Shown: positions 1-9,046 of the stretch, piece by piece
How the letters are laid out: each line of letters opens with the position of its first letter
Position numbering within the stretch: position 1 is the first letter of the stretch
Assembly (NCBI GenBank): GCA_963842525.1
Contig: CAWJGT010000003.1
Span: 1,934,552-1,998,551 of the forward strand
Length of the DNA stretch: 64,000 bases
Direction of reading: 5' to 3'
DNA from: an uncultured Holophagales bacterium
Lineage (GTDB): Bacteria > Acidobacteriota > Thermoanaerobaculia > Multivoradales > UBA5704
Made by a program: the position numbers and the translations under genes
Notes under the pieces: model-generated
What the model was told of the DNA's origin: nothing
Database searches by the model: none
What the model saw: the letters and a program-made list of their open reading frames with translations, nothing else

Positions 1-982
1 CCCACCCCCAGGCGGTCCTGGACGCGCGCTCGTCCCGCACGGCCACGACGAAGCCGGCCGCGGCGAGCCCCAGGAACACGAGCCCGACCTCCGGGTGCTC
101 GTAGGGGACATCCCATTCCGCCCGCACCAGCGCCTGCCGCCAGAGGACGTCCTCCGACACGCGGTGCGAATACATCCACCAGTTGCGGCGCAGCGCGGTC
201 ACGACGCCCTCGGTGTTGGCGAGGATCGCCGGCATGGCGGCGAGCGCGGCAACGATTGCGGCGGCCCCGGCGAGGACCAGCCGGCGGAGCTTCTCCTTCC
301 AGGGGACCTTGTCGAGGAGCACGGTCGTGGCAAACGCCACGGAGACCAGGACGGCCGGGTATTTTGCGGCGAAGGCGAGGCCGGCCATGGCTCCGGCGGT
401 GAGCGATTCGCGGCCCGGGTAGGCCGAGGTCCGCGCGCGGTCCGTGAAGAGCAGGCAGGCGAGGACGAAGAAGGAGGCCCAGGGATCGACGGTGGTGACG
501 GCGCCGCGGATGGCGAGAGCGGGGGTCAGGGCGGCGAGAAAGGCAGCGAAGAGCCCGGCCGGGGTCCCTGCGAGACGGCGCGCGAGGAGGCCGGCGAGGA
601 GGACGGTCCCGAGCCCGGCCGCCAGGGTCAGGAGCCGCCCGATGACGAGCAGGTCGAACGGCTCCAGCACGTCGTAGAACCCGCGCCCCATCGACAGGTC
701 GCCGCGGAACGGCCGGCCGTGGACCGCGCCGTACACCGGGGCGTAGAGGCGCGCCGATGCCGTCATGGCGATCAGGGGGAGCTGGGGATAGAGATACCAG
801 CGCGGGTCCCAGCCGCCGGTGCGCACGAGCCGTGAGACGTGGTGGAGGACGTTCCCCTCGTCGACGTAGTTGATATAGGGCCTCCCGGCCAGAAGAGGCG
901 ACAGGCGCACCGCCAGGGCGAGGAGCAGGATGGCGGTCCACGCCAGCTTCGGGCACGCCAGTTTCGGGAAGACACGGCTCAT
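1..982 (-). CDS. GT-C (PMT/ArnT-like, family 39/83) membrane glycosyltransferase, runs off the window start
   Basis: Manual translation from ATG at 982: MSRVFPKLACPKLAWTAILLLALAVRLSPLLAGRPYINYVDEG...GLAFAAKYPA; DE motif after TM1 and many hydrophobic helices. Absent from the ORF track because no stop falls in the window. Confidence 0.75.
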   Translation of the reverse strand, partial: MSRVFPKLACPKLAWTAILLLALAVRLSPLLAGRPYINYVDEGNVLHHVSRLVRTGGWDPRWYLYPQLPLIAMTASARLYAPVYGAVHGRPFRGDLSMGRGFYDVLEPFDLLVIGRLLTLAAGLGTVLLAGLLARRLAGTPAGLFAAFLAALTPALAIRGAVTTVDPWASFFVLACLLFTDRARTSAYPGRESLTAGAMAGLAFAAKYPAVLVSVAFATTVLLDKVPWKEKLRRLVLAGAAAIVAALAAMPAILANTEGVVTALRRNWWMYSHRVSEDVLWRQALVRAEWDVPYEHPEVGLVFLGLAAAGFVVAVRDERASRTAWGW

Positions 983-1028
983 GAGAGCTTGCGATTCTAT
1001 CCTCTGAAGAAGTGGTATTATTTAGCCA

Positions 1029-1760
1029 GTGCCCCAGACTTTGCCGTCCCGTCGCTTCCTCTCGGAAGAGGAGTATCGCGTCTTCACCGAGCGCATCGGC
1101 CGCAGCCTGGCCGAGCGGCCGGTCCGCCTGGACGGGGCGGAGCACCGCGAGCGCGTGGCCGACCTCCTGCGGCGGGTCGGGGAGGCGAGCTTCTACGAGC
1201 TCCTCGACATCGATCCCGCCGCGTCGGCCCGGGAGGTCCACGAGTCCTACGAGCGGACGGCCCGGATGGTCCATCCCGGCAACGCATCCCAACTGGACCT
1301 GACCGGAAGGGAGGGCGTCCTGGAGGTGCTCTTCGAACGGGTCACCGAGGCCTATCTCACCCTGAGCGACATGGACCGGCGCAAGCGGTACGACCGCCAG
1401 CGCCCGGGCGGCTGGTGGCGCACGTCCGCGGCGCGAAAAGTCTCCCGCGAGGAGGAGGCGCAGCGCCTCTACGAGAGGGCCCGGGCGTTCGTGGCCGCCG
1501 AGCAGTACCACGCCGCGGTCGAGCTGCTGCAGGAAGCGGTGCGCGCAGCCCCCAGGCCCGAGCACTGGGTCCTCCTGGGACAGGTCCAGGCGAGAAATCC
1601 CCACTGGCTGCGCAGCGCCGAGGACAGCTTCCGCCGGGCTCTGCAGATGGGCTCGAAGGACCCCACGCTGCCCTCGTCCCTGGCTCTCGTCCGCGACGAG
1701 ATGAAGCGCCGGGAGGCCGGCGAAGAGATCGAGACGGACGGGGAAGTCGAGATCGTCTGA
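1029..1760 (+). CDS. J-domain-like + TPR protein
   Basis: FYELLDI...YERTARMVHPG...VTEAYLTLSD.DRRKRYD is a DnaJ-type fold; C-terminal TPR-like helices (YHAAVELLQEAV, AEDSFRRALQ). Confidence 0.8.
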   Translation: MPQTLPSRRFLSEEEYRVFTERIGRSLAERPVRLDGAEHRERVADLLRRVGEASFYELLDIDPAASAREVHESYERTARMVHPGNASQLDLTGREGVLEVLFERVTEAYLTLSDMDRRKRYDRQRPGGWWRTSAARKVSREEEAQRLYERARAFVAAEQYHAAVELLQEAVRAAPRPEHWVLLGQVQARNPHWLRSAEDSFRRALQMGSKDPTLPSSLALVRDEMKRREAGEEIETDGEVEIV

Positions 1761-1780
1761 TCGCGTTATGATGGGTTGAC

Positions 1781-2190
1781 GCTGGAGAGCTTCCAAGCGG
1801 TCGCTCCGGACGGCCTTCGGGCCGGGCCGGGGAGGAAAGTCCGAGCTCCAACGGGCAGCATGCTCGCTAACGGCGAGGCGCGGCGACGCGACGGACAGTG
1901 CAACAGAAAAGATACCGCCGGGTCCTCTTCGGAAGATCCGGTAAGGGTGAAATGGTGCGGTAAGAGCGCACCGCTCCGGGGGCGACTCCGGAGGCATGGA
2001 AAACCCCATGCGGAGCAAGACCAAATAGGGGGGCGTCAATGCGGGCAGCCCGTCCCGCGCCTGGGCCTTCGGGTCCGGGGACAGTTCCCGGGTAGGTTGC
2101 TGGAGGCCGGCGGCAACGCCGGTCCCAGAGGAATGACCGCTACCCGGCTTCGGCCGGGGATACAGAACTCGGCTTACGGAGCTCTCCAGC
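1781..2190 (+). ncRNA. rnpB: RNase P RNA, bacterial type A
   Basis: Terminal P1 helix GCTGGAGAGC/GCTCTCCAGC; conserved GAGGAAAGTCCGAGCT, AGTGCAACAGAAA, GGTGAAATGGTGCGGTAAGAGCGCACC, GAGCAAGACCAAATAG and ACAGAACTCGGCTTA. Confidence 0.97.
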
Positions 2191-2229
2191 GTCTTTGATT
2201 TCTCTTCCTGATTCTCGGCCCCGAGCGGA

Positions 2230-2358
2230 CCTCACCCCCGGCCCCTCTCCCATCTCCCGCCCACCCTATCCCCGGGAGAGGGGAGAAAACCTGTCAAATG
2301 TCCCCCCTCTCCCGGGGTGGGAGGGAGGGGTGGCGGGAGAGGGGGTCAGGGGGTGAGG
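2230..2358. repeat. REP-like family A inverted doublet (CCTCACCCCC.G.CCCCTCTCCC...GGGAGAGGGG)
   Basis: Forward unit at 2230 and inverted unit ending GGGGTGAGG at 2358; the same motif recurs at 4061, 8158, 10216, 15002, 15126, 31190 and 53469. Confidence 0.85.
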
Positions 2359-3252
2359 GTCCAACTTCCCCCTCCCGCCGGCCCTGGCGACCGGGTGGGC
2401 GTGGCGGCCCTTTCGGGGTTGGTCCAGGCCGACAAGCTCGCGGCCGGCGTCGAGACCCTTCGCCGGCTCGGTTTCGAGCCGGTCCTCGCCGACAATCTGA
2501 CCGCGCAGGACGGGCTCTTCGCGGGGAGCGACGAAGTGCGTCTCGCGGCGTTCCACCGCCTCGCCGCCGACCCCGGCCTGCGGGCGATCTTCTTTGCCCG
2601 GGGCGGTTCCGGGCTGCTGCGCGTGCTGCCGGGCCTCGACTGGGACCTGCTGCGCCGGCATCCCCGCGCCTACGTCGGCTACTCGGACCTGACCCCTTTT
2701 CTCCACGAGGTGGTGCGGCGGCTCGGCCTCGTCGCCTTCCATGGTCCGATGGTCGCCGCCGAGCTGGCGCGCGAGCTCGCGCCGGACGAGGAGAGCAGCC
2801 TGCTCGACGCCCTTGCCGGTCGCTATCCGGCGTCGCTGCCGTTCCAATCCTGGCTCCGGCCGCCCGCGGGCGCCGCTCCGGTCAGGGGCCCGCTGCTCGG
2901 CGGCTGCCTGAGCCTGCTGGTCTCGGTGCTCGGCACTCCCTGGTCGCCGGACCTCGACGGCGCCGTGCTGTTCTGGGAAGACGTCAACGAGCCGCCGTAC
3001 CGCATCGACCGTATGTTGACCCACTTACGGCTGTCGGGTAATCTCGCGAAGATCGAGGGAATGATCGTCGGCCATCTGAACGGTGCCGCCACCGACTGGC
3101 CGGCGTTGGTGGCCGGCAGCGTCGCCGATTTCTCCTGGCCGTTGGCCTGGGGTCTCGAGAGCGGCCATCTCCAGCCCAACTGGACGCTCCCCCTGGGGCT
3201 TCCGGCGCGCCTGGAGAGCGACGACTGCCGGCTCTGGCTCGGGGAAGGATGA
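2353..3252 (+). CDS. ldcA: LD-carboxypeptidase (peptidase S66)
   Basis: RGGSG (nucleophile Ser region), VGYSDLT, FHGPM, GGCLSLL, LFWEDVNEPPYRIDRML, SGH motifs; GTG start at 2353 chosen because the upstream ORF extension is repeat sequence. Confidence 0.9.
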   Translation: MRVQLPPPAGPGDRVGVAALSGLVQADKLAAGVETLRRLGFEPVLADNLTAQDGLFAGSDEVRLAAFHRLAADPGLRAIFFARGGSGLLRVLPGLDWDLLRRHPRAYVGYSDLTPFLHEVVRRLGLVAFHGPMVAAELARELAPDEESSLLDALAGRYPASLPFQSWLRPPAGAAPVRGPLLGGCLSLLVSVLGTPWSPDLDGAVLFWEDVNEPPYRIDRMLTHLRLSGNLAKIEGMIVGHLNGAATDWPALVAGSVADFSWPLAWGLESGHLQPNWTLPLGLPARLESDDCRLWLGEG

Positions 3253-3259
3253 GCAGCGC

Positions 3260-4060
3260 ATGAACAATCCCGTCTTCAAGACGACCAGCGGCGGCGCCGC
3301 CGCACCCTCCCGGAAGAGCACGGGCTACCTCGTCGAATTCAAGGACGGAGACTTCGTCTTCCGCGAGGGCGACCTCGGCACGGAGATGTACATCATCCAC
3401 GAGGGCAAGATCGAGATCCTCAACCGCATGGGCGGCAAGGACGTCGTCCTCGCGGTGCTGGAGAAGGGCGACTTTTTCGGCGAGATGTCCGTCCTGGAGG
3501 ACCTGCCGCGGGCCGCCTCGGCGCGGGCCCTCACCGACACACGGCTGCTCAAGATCAACGGCTCGACCTTCGACCAGATGCTGCGCGACAACCCGGAGGT
3601 CGCGGTCCGCATGATGCGCAAGCTGTCCCGGCGGTTGCGCGAGACGGACGAGTTGCTGCGCGGGACCACCTCATTCAAGAGCGACAGCACGCCGCTGTCG
3701 CGCGAGGTGCCGACGCCCATGGCCCAGGCTCCGGCGGAAGGCCCCGAGAGGCTGATCCACGACCCGTCAGGAATGGAGCTGCCGCTCGCGACCGGCCCCG
3801 AGACCACCATCGGCCGGAAGGACCCGGTCACCGGCATCTATCCCGACATCGACCTTTCGCCGCTCGACGTCCAGCGCTCGGTCAGCCGGCGTCACGCCAA
3901 GATCTACCGCCGGGGCACGAAGTTCTTCCTCGGCGAGGAGATCGGCACGATGAACAGCACCTTCCTCAACGGCAGCCGGCTGGAGACGGGCATCCCGTCC
4001 GAGATCCACCCCGGGGACGAGCTGCGCTTCGGGGTCGTCGTCCTGCGGTTCCAGCCCTGA
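3260..4060 (+). CDS. Cyclic-nucleotide-binding domain + FHA domain protein
   Basis: FREGDLGTEMYII.EG...GDFFGEMSVL...PRAASARA (cNMP-binding cassette); IGRKD...VSRRHAKI...GTMNSTFLNG (FHA). Confidence 0.88.
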   Translation: MNNPVFKTTSGGAAAPSRKSTGYLVEFKDGDFVFREGDLGTEMYIIHEGKIEILNRMGGKDVVLAVLEKGDFFGEMSVLEDLPRAASARALTDTRLLKINGSTFDQMLRDNPEVAVRMMRKLSRRLRETDELLRGTTSFKSDSTPLSREVPTPMAQAPAEGPERLIHDPSGMELPLATGPETTIGRKDPVTGIYPDIDLSPLDVQRSVSRRHAKIYRRGTKFFLGEEIGTMNSTFLNGSRLETGIPSEIHPGDELRFGVVVLRFQP

Positions 4061-4289
4061 CCTCACCCCCTGTCCCCCTCTCCCATCGCCCCCCCACCGA
4101 CCGGGAGAGGGGGGACGTCGCTGAAGCCGTTGTGGCGAGCCCTCCCTTCCTGCGGATGGATATCGCCGTGGGGAACGTCTGTTGGAGCCTCCGTGTCCAC
4201 TCCAGCTTACTTCGTCTCAATCGCCTGGCCTGCGTTCCCCCTCTCCCGGAGGAAGGGGGGGCGATGGGAGAGGGGGACAGGGGGTGAGG
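4061..4289. repeat. REP-like family A inverted doublet
   Basis: CCTCACCCCCTGTCCCCCTCTCCCATCGCCCCCC at the left end and its reverse complement at 4255-4289. Confidence 0.85.
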
Positions 4290-6356
4290 CCTCTTTCCGA
4301 CCCCCTCCGCACCTTCCCCGGCATCGGCCCAGCGCGCGCCCGGTCGCTCGCCGAAGCCGGCTACCAGACGGCCGCGGACCTGGTGCTCCATCTGCCGCAT
4401 CGCTATGAGGACCGGCGCGAGGTGCGGCCGGTCGCCGCGGCTGCGGCCGGCGTTGCGGCCACGTTCCGCGGCCGGCTTGCCCACATGCGCCGGATCCGCA
4501 CCCGGCGGCGCGGTTTCAACCTGGTGCGCGGCGTCCTGGAGGACGGCACCGGAGCGCTGGCGGTCGTCTGGTTCAACCAGCCCTATCTGGCGAACCGGGA
4601 GATGGAGGGAGAGGACTGGCTCCTTCATGGCCCGGTGCGGGAAACGAAGGACGGCTTGGAGCTGCTGAGCCCCACCTGCGAACGAGCGGATGCCGCTCTG
4701 CACAGCGCCTGCATTGCGCCGGTCTACCCGGCGATTTCTCAGGTCCGCGGCCTCGGACCGCAGTCGCTCCGCCGGCTGATGGATACGGTCCTCCGCGAGG
4801 TCGACCTCCCGGCGCAGGTGCTCGAATTCGTCCCACGGGAGCTGCTGGACCGCCACGGCCTGCCGCCTCTGGGCGAGGCGCTGGAGCTTCTTCATCATCC
4901 AGATGACGGCACGGACCCGGAAGCTCTCAACCAACGGCGGAGCCCCGGTCACCTGCGCCTGCTCTACGGCGAGCTCCTGGAGATGCAGCTCGCCCTCGGC
5001 CGCCTCCGCGAGCGCGAGACCGCGCAGCCGCGCGTCCTTATTTATAAGGTCGACGACCCCATCCGGCACGCCGCCCGCGAAGTCCTGCCCTACCGGCTCA
5101 CCGCGGCCCAGAAGCGCGTCCTGCGCGAGATCGTGGCCGACCTCCAGAGACCACAGCCCATGCTCCGCCTCCTTCAGGGGGACGTGGGAAGCGGTAAGAC
5201 GATCGTCGCGGCCCTGGCCCTGGTCGTGGCCCTGGAGAACGGCTACCAGGGCGCCTTCATGGCCCCTACCGAGTTGCTCGCCGAGCAGCACTACGCCAAC
5301 CTGGAAAGGCTGCTCGGGCATCGCTACCGCCTCGGCCTCGTCGCCGGAGGCAAAGGCAGCCGGGCCGGCCGCGTCAGGGAACAGCTCGCAGCGGGAGAGA
5401 TCCAACTCGCCGTTGGGACCCACGCGCTGATTCAGGAGAGGGTCGAATTCCGCCGCCTCGGGCTCGCCGTGGTGGACGAGCAGCACCGGTTCGGCGTAGC
5501 CCAGCGGACCCTGCTGCGCCGCAAGGGCGACCGGCCGGACCTCCTCGTCATGACCGCGACGCCGATCCCGCGCACCCTCGCCCTCACGGCCTGGGGTGAC
5601 CTCGACGTCTCCACCCTGGACGAGATGCCGCCCGGGAGGACGCCGGTCGAGACGAAGGTCGTCCCGGCAAAAGACCGCCGGAAGGTCTACACAAGGCTGC
5701 GCAAAGAGCTGGCCGCCGGAGGCCGCGCCTACGTGGTGGCACCGCTCATCGAAGGCAGCGCCCAGGTCGCGGCGGCCTCGCTGGACGAGGTGGAAGAGCA
5801 CGTCCGCCGCGAGCTCCCGGACCAGCCCTACGCTGTCCTCCACGGCCGCCTGCCCTCTGGCGAGAGGGAGCGGATCATGGCCGCCTTCGCCGCCGGGGAC
5901 GTGCGCGTCCTCGTCGCCACCACGGTGATCGAGGTCGGCGTGGACGTGCCCGAAGCGACCTGCATGGTGATCGAGAGCGCCGAGCGCTTCGGCCTCGCCC
6001 AGCTCCACCAGCTCCGCGGCCGGGTGGGACGAGGCCTGAGGCCGTCCCTCTGCTTCGCCCTCCACGGCCGCCTCACGGAAGAAGCGAAGCAGCGCCTAGA
6101 GGTCTTCGCACGCACCCAGGACGGCTTCGAGATCGCCGAGGCCGACCTGCAGATCCGCGGCCCCGGAGACGTCCTGGGCACCCGCCAGGCCGGCCTGCCG
6201 CTCCTCCGCTTCGCCCGCCTGCCCGAAGACTTCGACTGGCTCGTCCAAGCCCGCGACGACGCCCGCGACCTCCTCCCCCGGCTCGAAGAGCCCGAGCTGG
6301 AAGCCCTCCGCCGCCACACCGACTGGTGGCTGGAAAGGTTGGGGGGCTTCGAATAA
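4284..6356 (+). CDS. recG: ATP-dependent DNA helicase RecG
   Basis: LLQGDVGSGKT, MAPTELLAEQH, VDEQHRFG, MTATPIPRTL, TTVIEVGVDVP, QLHQLRGRVGRG, GFEIAEADL.IRGPG; GTG start at 4284. Confidence 0.97.
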   Translation: MRPLSDPLRTFPGIGPARARSLAEAGYQTAADLVLHLPHRYEDRREVRPVAAAAAGVAATFRGRLAHMRRIRTRRRGFNLVRGVLEDGTGALAVVWFNQPYLANREMEGEDWLLHGPVRETKDGLELLSPTCERADAALHSACIAPVYPAISQVRGLGPQSLRRLMDTVLREVDLPAQVLEFVPRELLDRHGLPPLGEALELLHHPDDGTDPEALNQRRSPGHLRLLYGELLEMQLALGRLRERETAQPRVLIYKVDDPIRHAAREVLPYRLTAAQKRVLREIVADLQRPQPMLRLLQGDVGSGKTIVAALALVVALENGYQGAFMAPTELLAEQHYANLERLLGHRYRLGLVAGGKGSRAGRVREQLAAGEIQLAVGTHALIQERVEFRRLGLAVVDEQHRFGVAQRTLLRRKGDRPDLLVMTATPIPRTLALTAWGDLDVSTLDEMPPGRTPVETKVVPAKDRRKVYTRLRKELAAGGRAYVVAPLIEGSAQVAAASLDEVEEHVRRELPDQPYAVLHGRLPSGERERIMAAFAAGDVRVLVATTVIEVGVDVPEATCMVIESAERFGLAQLHQLRGRVGRGLRPSLCFALHGRLTEEAKQRLEVFARTQDGFEIAEADLQIRGPGDVLGTRQAGLPLLRFARLPEDFDWLVQARDDARDLLPRLEEPELEALRRHTDWWLERLGGFE

Positions 6357-6370
6357 GGCGGGAGGGGGAA

Positions 6371-6488
6371 CCCCTGGGACCGCGGGCGTCCCGCCCGCAC
6401 AGACTTCAAGCGACCAGTGCGTTGCCGCTATTTTTACGGCAGCTCCAACATCGAGGAAGGGCGGGCGAGACGCCCGCGGTCCCAGGGG
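6371..6488. repeat. REP-like family C inverted pair (GGGACCGCGGGCGTCCCGCCCGC)
   Basis: 28-bp inverted repeats at 6371-6398 and 6461-6488 with one mismatch; each is internally palindromic. Confidence 0.75.
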
Positions 6489-6539
6489 GAAACGGCTCGG
6501 CCCCGGGTGGCTGCATTACACTTTCGCAAGGAGGGGAAC

Positions 6540-6674
6540 ATGAGCCAATCAACCATCACCGGCAAAGACCACATTGCCTTTCTCCGCAGACAAGGCTCGA
6601 TTCGGGTCGGACCCGGCTCGACCGTCAAGGACATCCAACGAGCCCGCAAGTTGCGGGGGATCAAAAAGGGATGA
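6540..6674 (+). pseudogene. Internally deleted AbrB/MazE-like antitoxin remnant (44 aa)
   Basis: Strong RBS AAGGAGG; MSQSTITGK resembles AbrB-type N-termini (M.STITSKGQ); overlapping ATGA leads into MKPILIV, which resembles a PIN-toxin start. Confidence 0.4.
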
Positions 6675-6705
6675 AGCCGATCCTGATTGTTGAAAGACCA
6701 CGCCC

Positions 6706-8157
6706 ATGGCTTCCGAGACCTCCGGCCCCGTGTTCGTTCTCGACGTCGGCACCGATGCCGACGCGGGCGTCGTCCGCCTCCACCTGACGGACGAGCACGG
6801 CGACCGCCAGGTCGGCGATAACCAGGTGCGCCTCGCGGAGCACAGCGCGGCGCTATGGCAGGGGCTGTTCGACACGCGCGCCTTCGTCCGGACCTATGCG
6901 AACAGTATGCGCTTCACTGACCGGCCTGCGACGTCGGCGGAGCTACTCGCACAGATCGGCGTCTTCCTGGGAGAGAAGATCCTCGGCCCCGAGATCATGG
7001 AGGCGCTTCACGCGGGGAAACATCACCGGTCGCTGCTGGTCCGGCAGCCGCTGGTTCCAATGGACCGCCCGGAGGACCGCCTCGCGTCGGCGTTCGCCCG
7101 GGTGCCCTGGGAGATCGCGCGGCCTGCGGCCGGCCAGGAGCAGCTTCTCGAACGCAACCTGGTGGTGCGGATGGAAGCGTTGGGCGCGTCCCCATCCTAT
7201 GCGCCGCCTCCGCCGGGTCCGGACGAGACGCTGCGGGTGCTCCTGGTCTTCGCCGAGGCGCCGGGCTCGCGTCCGCTCGCCATGCGGCTCGAGCGGGAGC
7301 AGCTCCTCGGGCTCTTCTACGACGAGGTGATGCCGCGGCGCCGGGTGTCCGTGGATGTCCTCTGCCACGGCGTCACCCGAAAGGCCTTGAGCGAGAAGGT
7401 CCGCGACGCGGCTGGCTATCACGTGGTGCACTGGAGCGGCCACGGCCATCACAATCTCCTGGAGCTGCAGGGCGAGGATGGCAAGAGGGATCTTCTGACG
7501 GGCGCCGCCCTGGTGGACCTCTTCGCTGATGCCGGTGGCTTCATTCCCCAACTCGTCTTCTTGAGCGCCTGCCTCTCGGGCACCCTGGTCGGCGCTCGCG
7601 ACTGGGCGGCGCTGGAAACCATCCTCCGCGAGGGGGAGGCGGGTGTGCGTAAGTCCGAGCCGGAGCCGGACAAAATCGAGCAGTTGACTGCGGAGCAGCC
7701 TGGCTATACCGGCACCGCCCTCGCACTGCTCGGAGCCGGTGTGCCGCAGGTGGTGGCGATGCGCTACGAGGTGGGCGACGCTTACGCCCGCGACCTCGCC
7801 GGTCTCTTCTACCGCAGGCTGTTCGTCGATAGTCAACCCAAGGCACCGGCGAGCGCGCTGTCCCTGGCCCGCGGGGAGCTGTTGGATCGGCAGGCAGGCG
7901 AGCACGATGTGGTCGATCACGCCACGCCGCTTCTCTTCGGCAGCGCCGCGGGTCCTCTCTCGGCGCCTCCAGGCCGAAGCTCTGCCCTGGCCTTCCGCCG
8001 GCCGCGCCCACAGCCGCTCCTGACGGACAGCCGCGAGCTCGACCGGCCCGCGGAGCTGGTGGGCCGCGGCGCGCTCACGGAGTGGAACGTGGAGATCGAC
8101 GGGCTGCAGGCGCGGATCGATCAGCACGTGGAGGAGGTGCGGCGGGGGGTGGAATGA
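6706..8157 (+). CDS. CHAT-domain (caspase-like) protein, C-terminally truncated
   Basis: VPWE, LRVLLVFAEA, HVVHWSGHG (catalytic His), LVFLSAC (catalytic Cys), GVPQVVAMRYEVGD..A. Confidence 0.85.
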   Translation: MASETSGPVFVLDVGTDADAGVVRLHLTDEHGDRQVGDNQVRLAEHSAALWQGLFDTRAFVRTYANSMRFTDRPATSAELLAQIGVFLGEKILGPEIMEALHAGKHHRSLLVRQPLVPMDRPEDRLASAFARVPWEIARPAAGQEQLLERNLVVRMEALGASPSYAPPPPGPDETLRVLLVFAEAPGSRPLAMRLEREQLLGLFYDEVMPRRRVSVDVLCHGVTRKALSEKVRDAAGYHVVHWSGHGHHNLLELQGEDGKRDLLTGAALVDLFADAGGFIPQLVFLSACLSGTLVGARDWAALETILREGEAGVRKSEPEPDKIEQLTAEQPGYTGTALALLGAGVPQVVAMRYEVGDAYARDLAGLFYRRLFVDSQPKAPASALSLARGELLDRQAGEHDVVDHATPLLFGSAAGPLSAPPGRSSALAFRRPRPQPLLTDSRELDRPAELVGRGALTEWNVEIDGLQARIDQHVEEVRRGVE

Positions 8158-8214
8158 CCTCACCCCCTGGCCCCCTCTCCCATCTCCCACCTTTCCATCC
8201 CCGGGAGAGGGGGG
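8158..8214. repeat. REP-like family A single unit
   Basis: CCTCACCCCCTGGCCCCCTCTCCC...GGGAGAGGGGGG directly after the CHAT stop codon. Confidence 0.8.
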
Positions 8215-8287
8215 ACGTTGTTGAAGCCGTCCTCCGCATTGCCGTCTGCCTGTATACTGAGTTGGATGTCTGCAAGGGAGGTGTGCA

Positions 8288-8518
8288 GTGGCCAAGGCTG
8301 CCGTTGAGCTCGCACAAGCCAAGGACCAGTTGGCGCAATTGATCGAGGAGGTCCAGAGCGGGATCGAGCTCGTCATCACGCGCGACGGCCTTCCCGTGGC
8401 CCGGCTCCTGCCGGCCTTGGAAGCTCCATCCGATCGCGTACCGGGCAGCGCCAAGGGTCTGTTCACCGTACCTGACGACTTTGATTCCCCGCTTGAGGAT
8501 TTCCGCGAGTACGTGTAG
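8288..8518 (+). CDS. Phd/YefM family antitoxin
   Basis: AQAKDQLAQLIEEVQSG..LVITRDG.PVARL...RVPGSAKG.F.VPDDFDSPL; RBS GGAGG. Confidence 0.9.
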   Translation: MAKAAVELAQAKDQLAQLIEEVQSGIELVITRDGLPVARLLPALEAPSDRVPGSAKGLFTVPDDFDSPLEDFREYV

Positions 8519-8526
8519 GCCCCTGC

Positions 8527-8912
8527 ATGCTGCGAGCTCTGCTGGACACGCACAGCTTTCTCTGGTTTGTCACTGCAGATCCGAAGCTCAGCGCCACGGC
8601 GGAGGGTCTGATCTCCGTTGGAAGCAACGAATTCCTTCTCAGTGTGGCATCCGTCTGGGAGATCGCAAGGTGAGCATCGGCCGCCTGCCTATTCCTGAGC
8701 CGCTCGACACGTTTATCCCTGAGCACCTCCGCGCCAACCGTATCGGCCTGCTGCCGATCGAGCCCAGGCATGCCTTTGAAGTTGCCCGACTGCCCCTCCA
8801 TCACCGCGATCCTTTCGACCGCTTGCTGATCGCCCAGGCGATCGTCGAAGGTCTGCCGATCGTCAGCGCGGATTCTGCCTTCGATAGCTACTCCATCGAG
8901 CGGCTTTGGTAG
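8527..8912 (+). pseudogene. vapC: VapC PIN-domain toxin with a frameshift near 8668
   Basis: MLRALLDTHSFLW...SVASVWEIA in one frame and KVSIGRL...LPLHHRDPFDRLLIAQA..EGLPIVSAD in another. Confidence 0.85.
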
Positions 8913-8926
8913 GCTGCTGTGGCCCC

Positions 8927-8971
8927 GCCCAGGGTTGACACCCTGGGCTACCGAATGCCGCCCTCCGGGCT
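8927..8971. repeat. REP-like family D hairpin (GCCCAGGGTTGACACCCTGGGC)
   Basis: Perfect 9-bp stem followed by CGCCCTCCGGGCT; intergenic, after vapC. Confidence 0.55.
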
Positions 8972-9046
8972 CGTCCTTCATGCTGCTCCGCGTGCGGTCG
9001 TGCCGCTGCCGCTCAATAAAGGCTGCGGCGGTCGCACGGGCTCGGC

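Noticed and set aside
1776-2198. 140-aa ORF in the track
   Set aside because: Coincides with the RNase P RNA gene.
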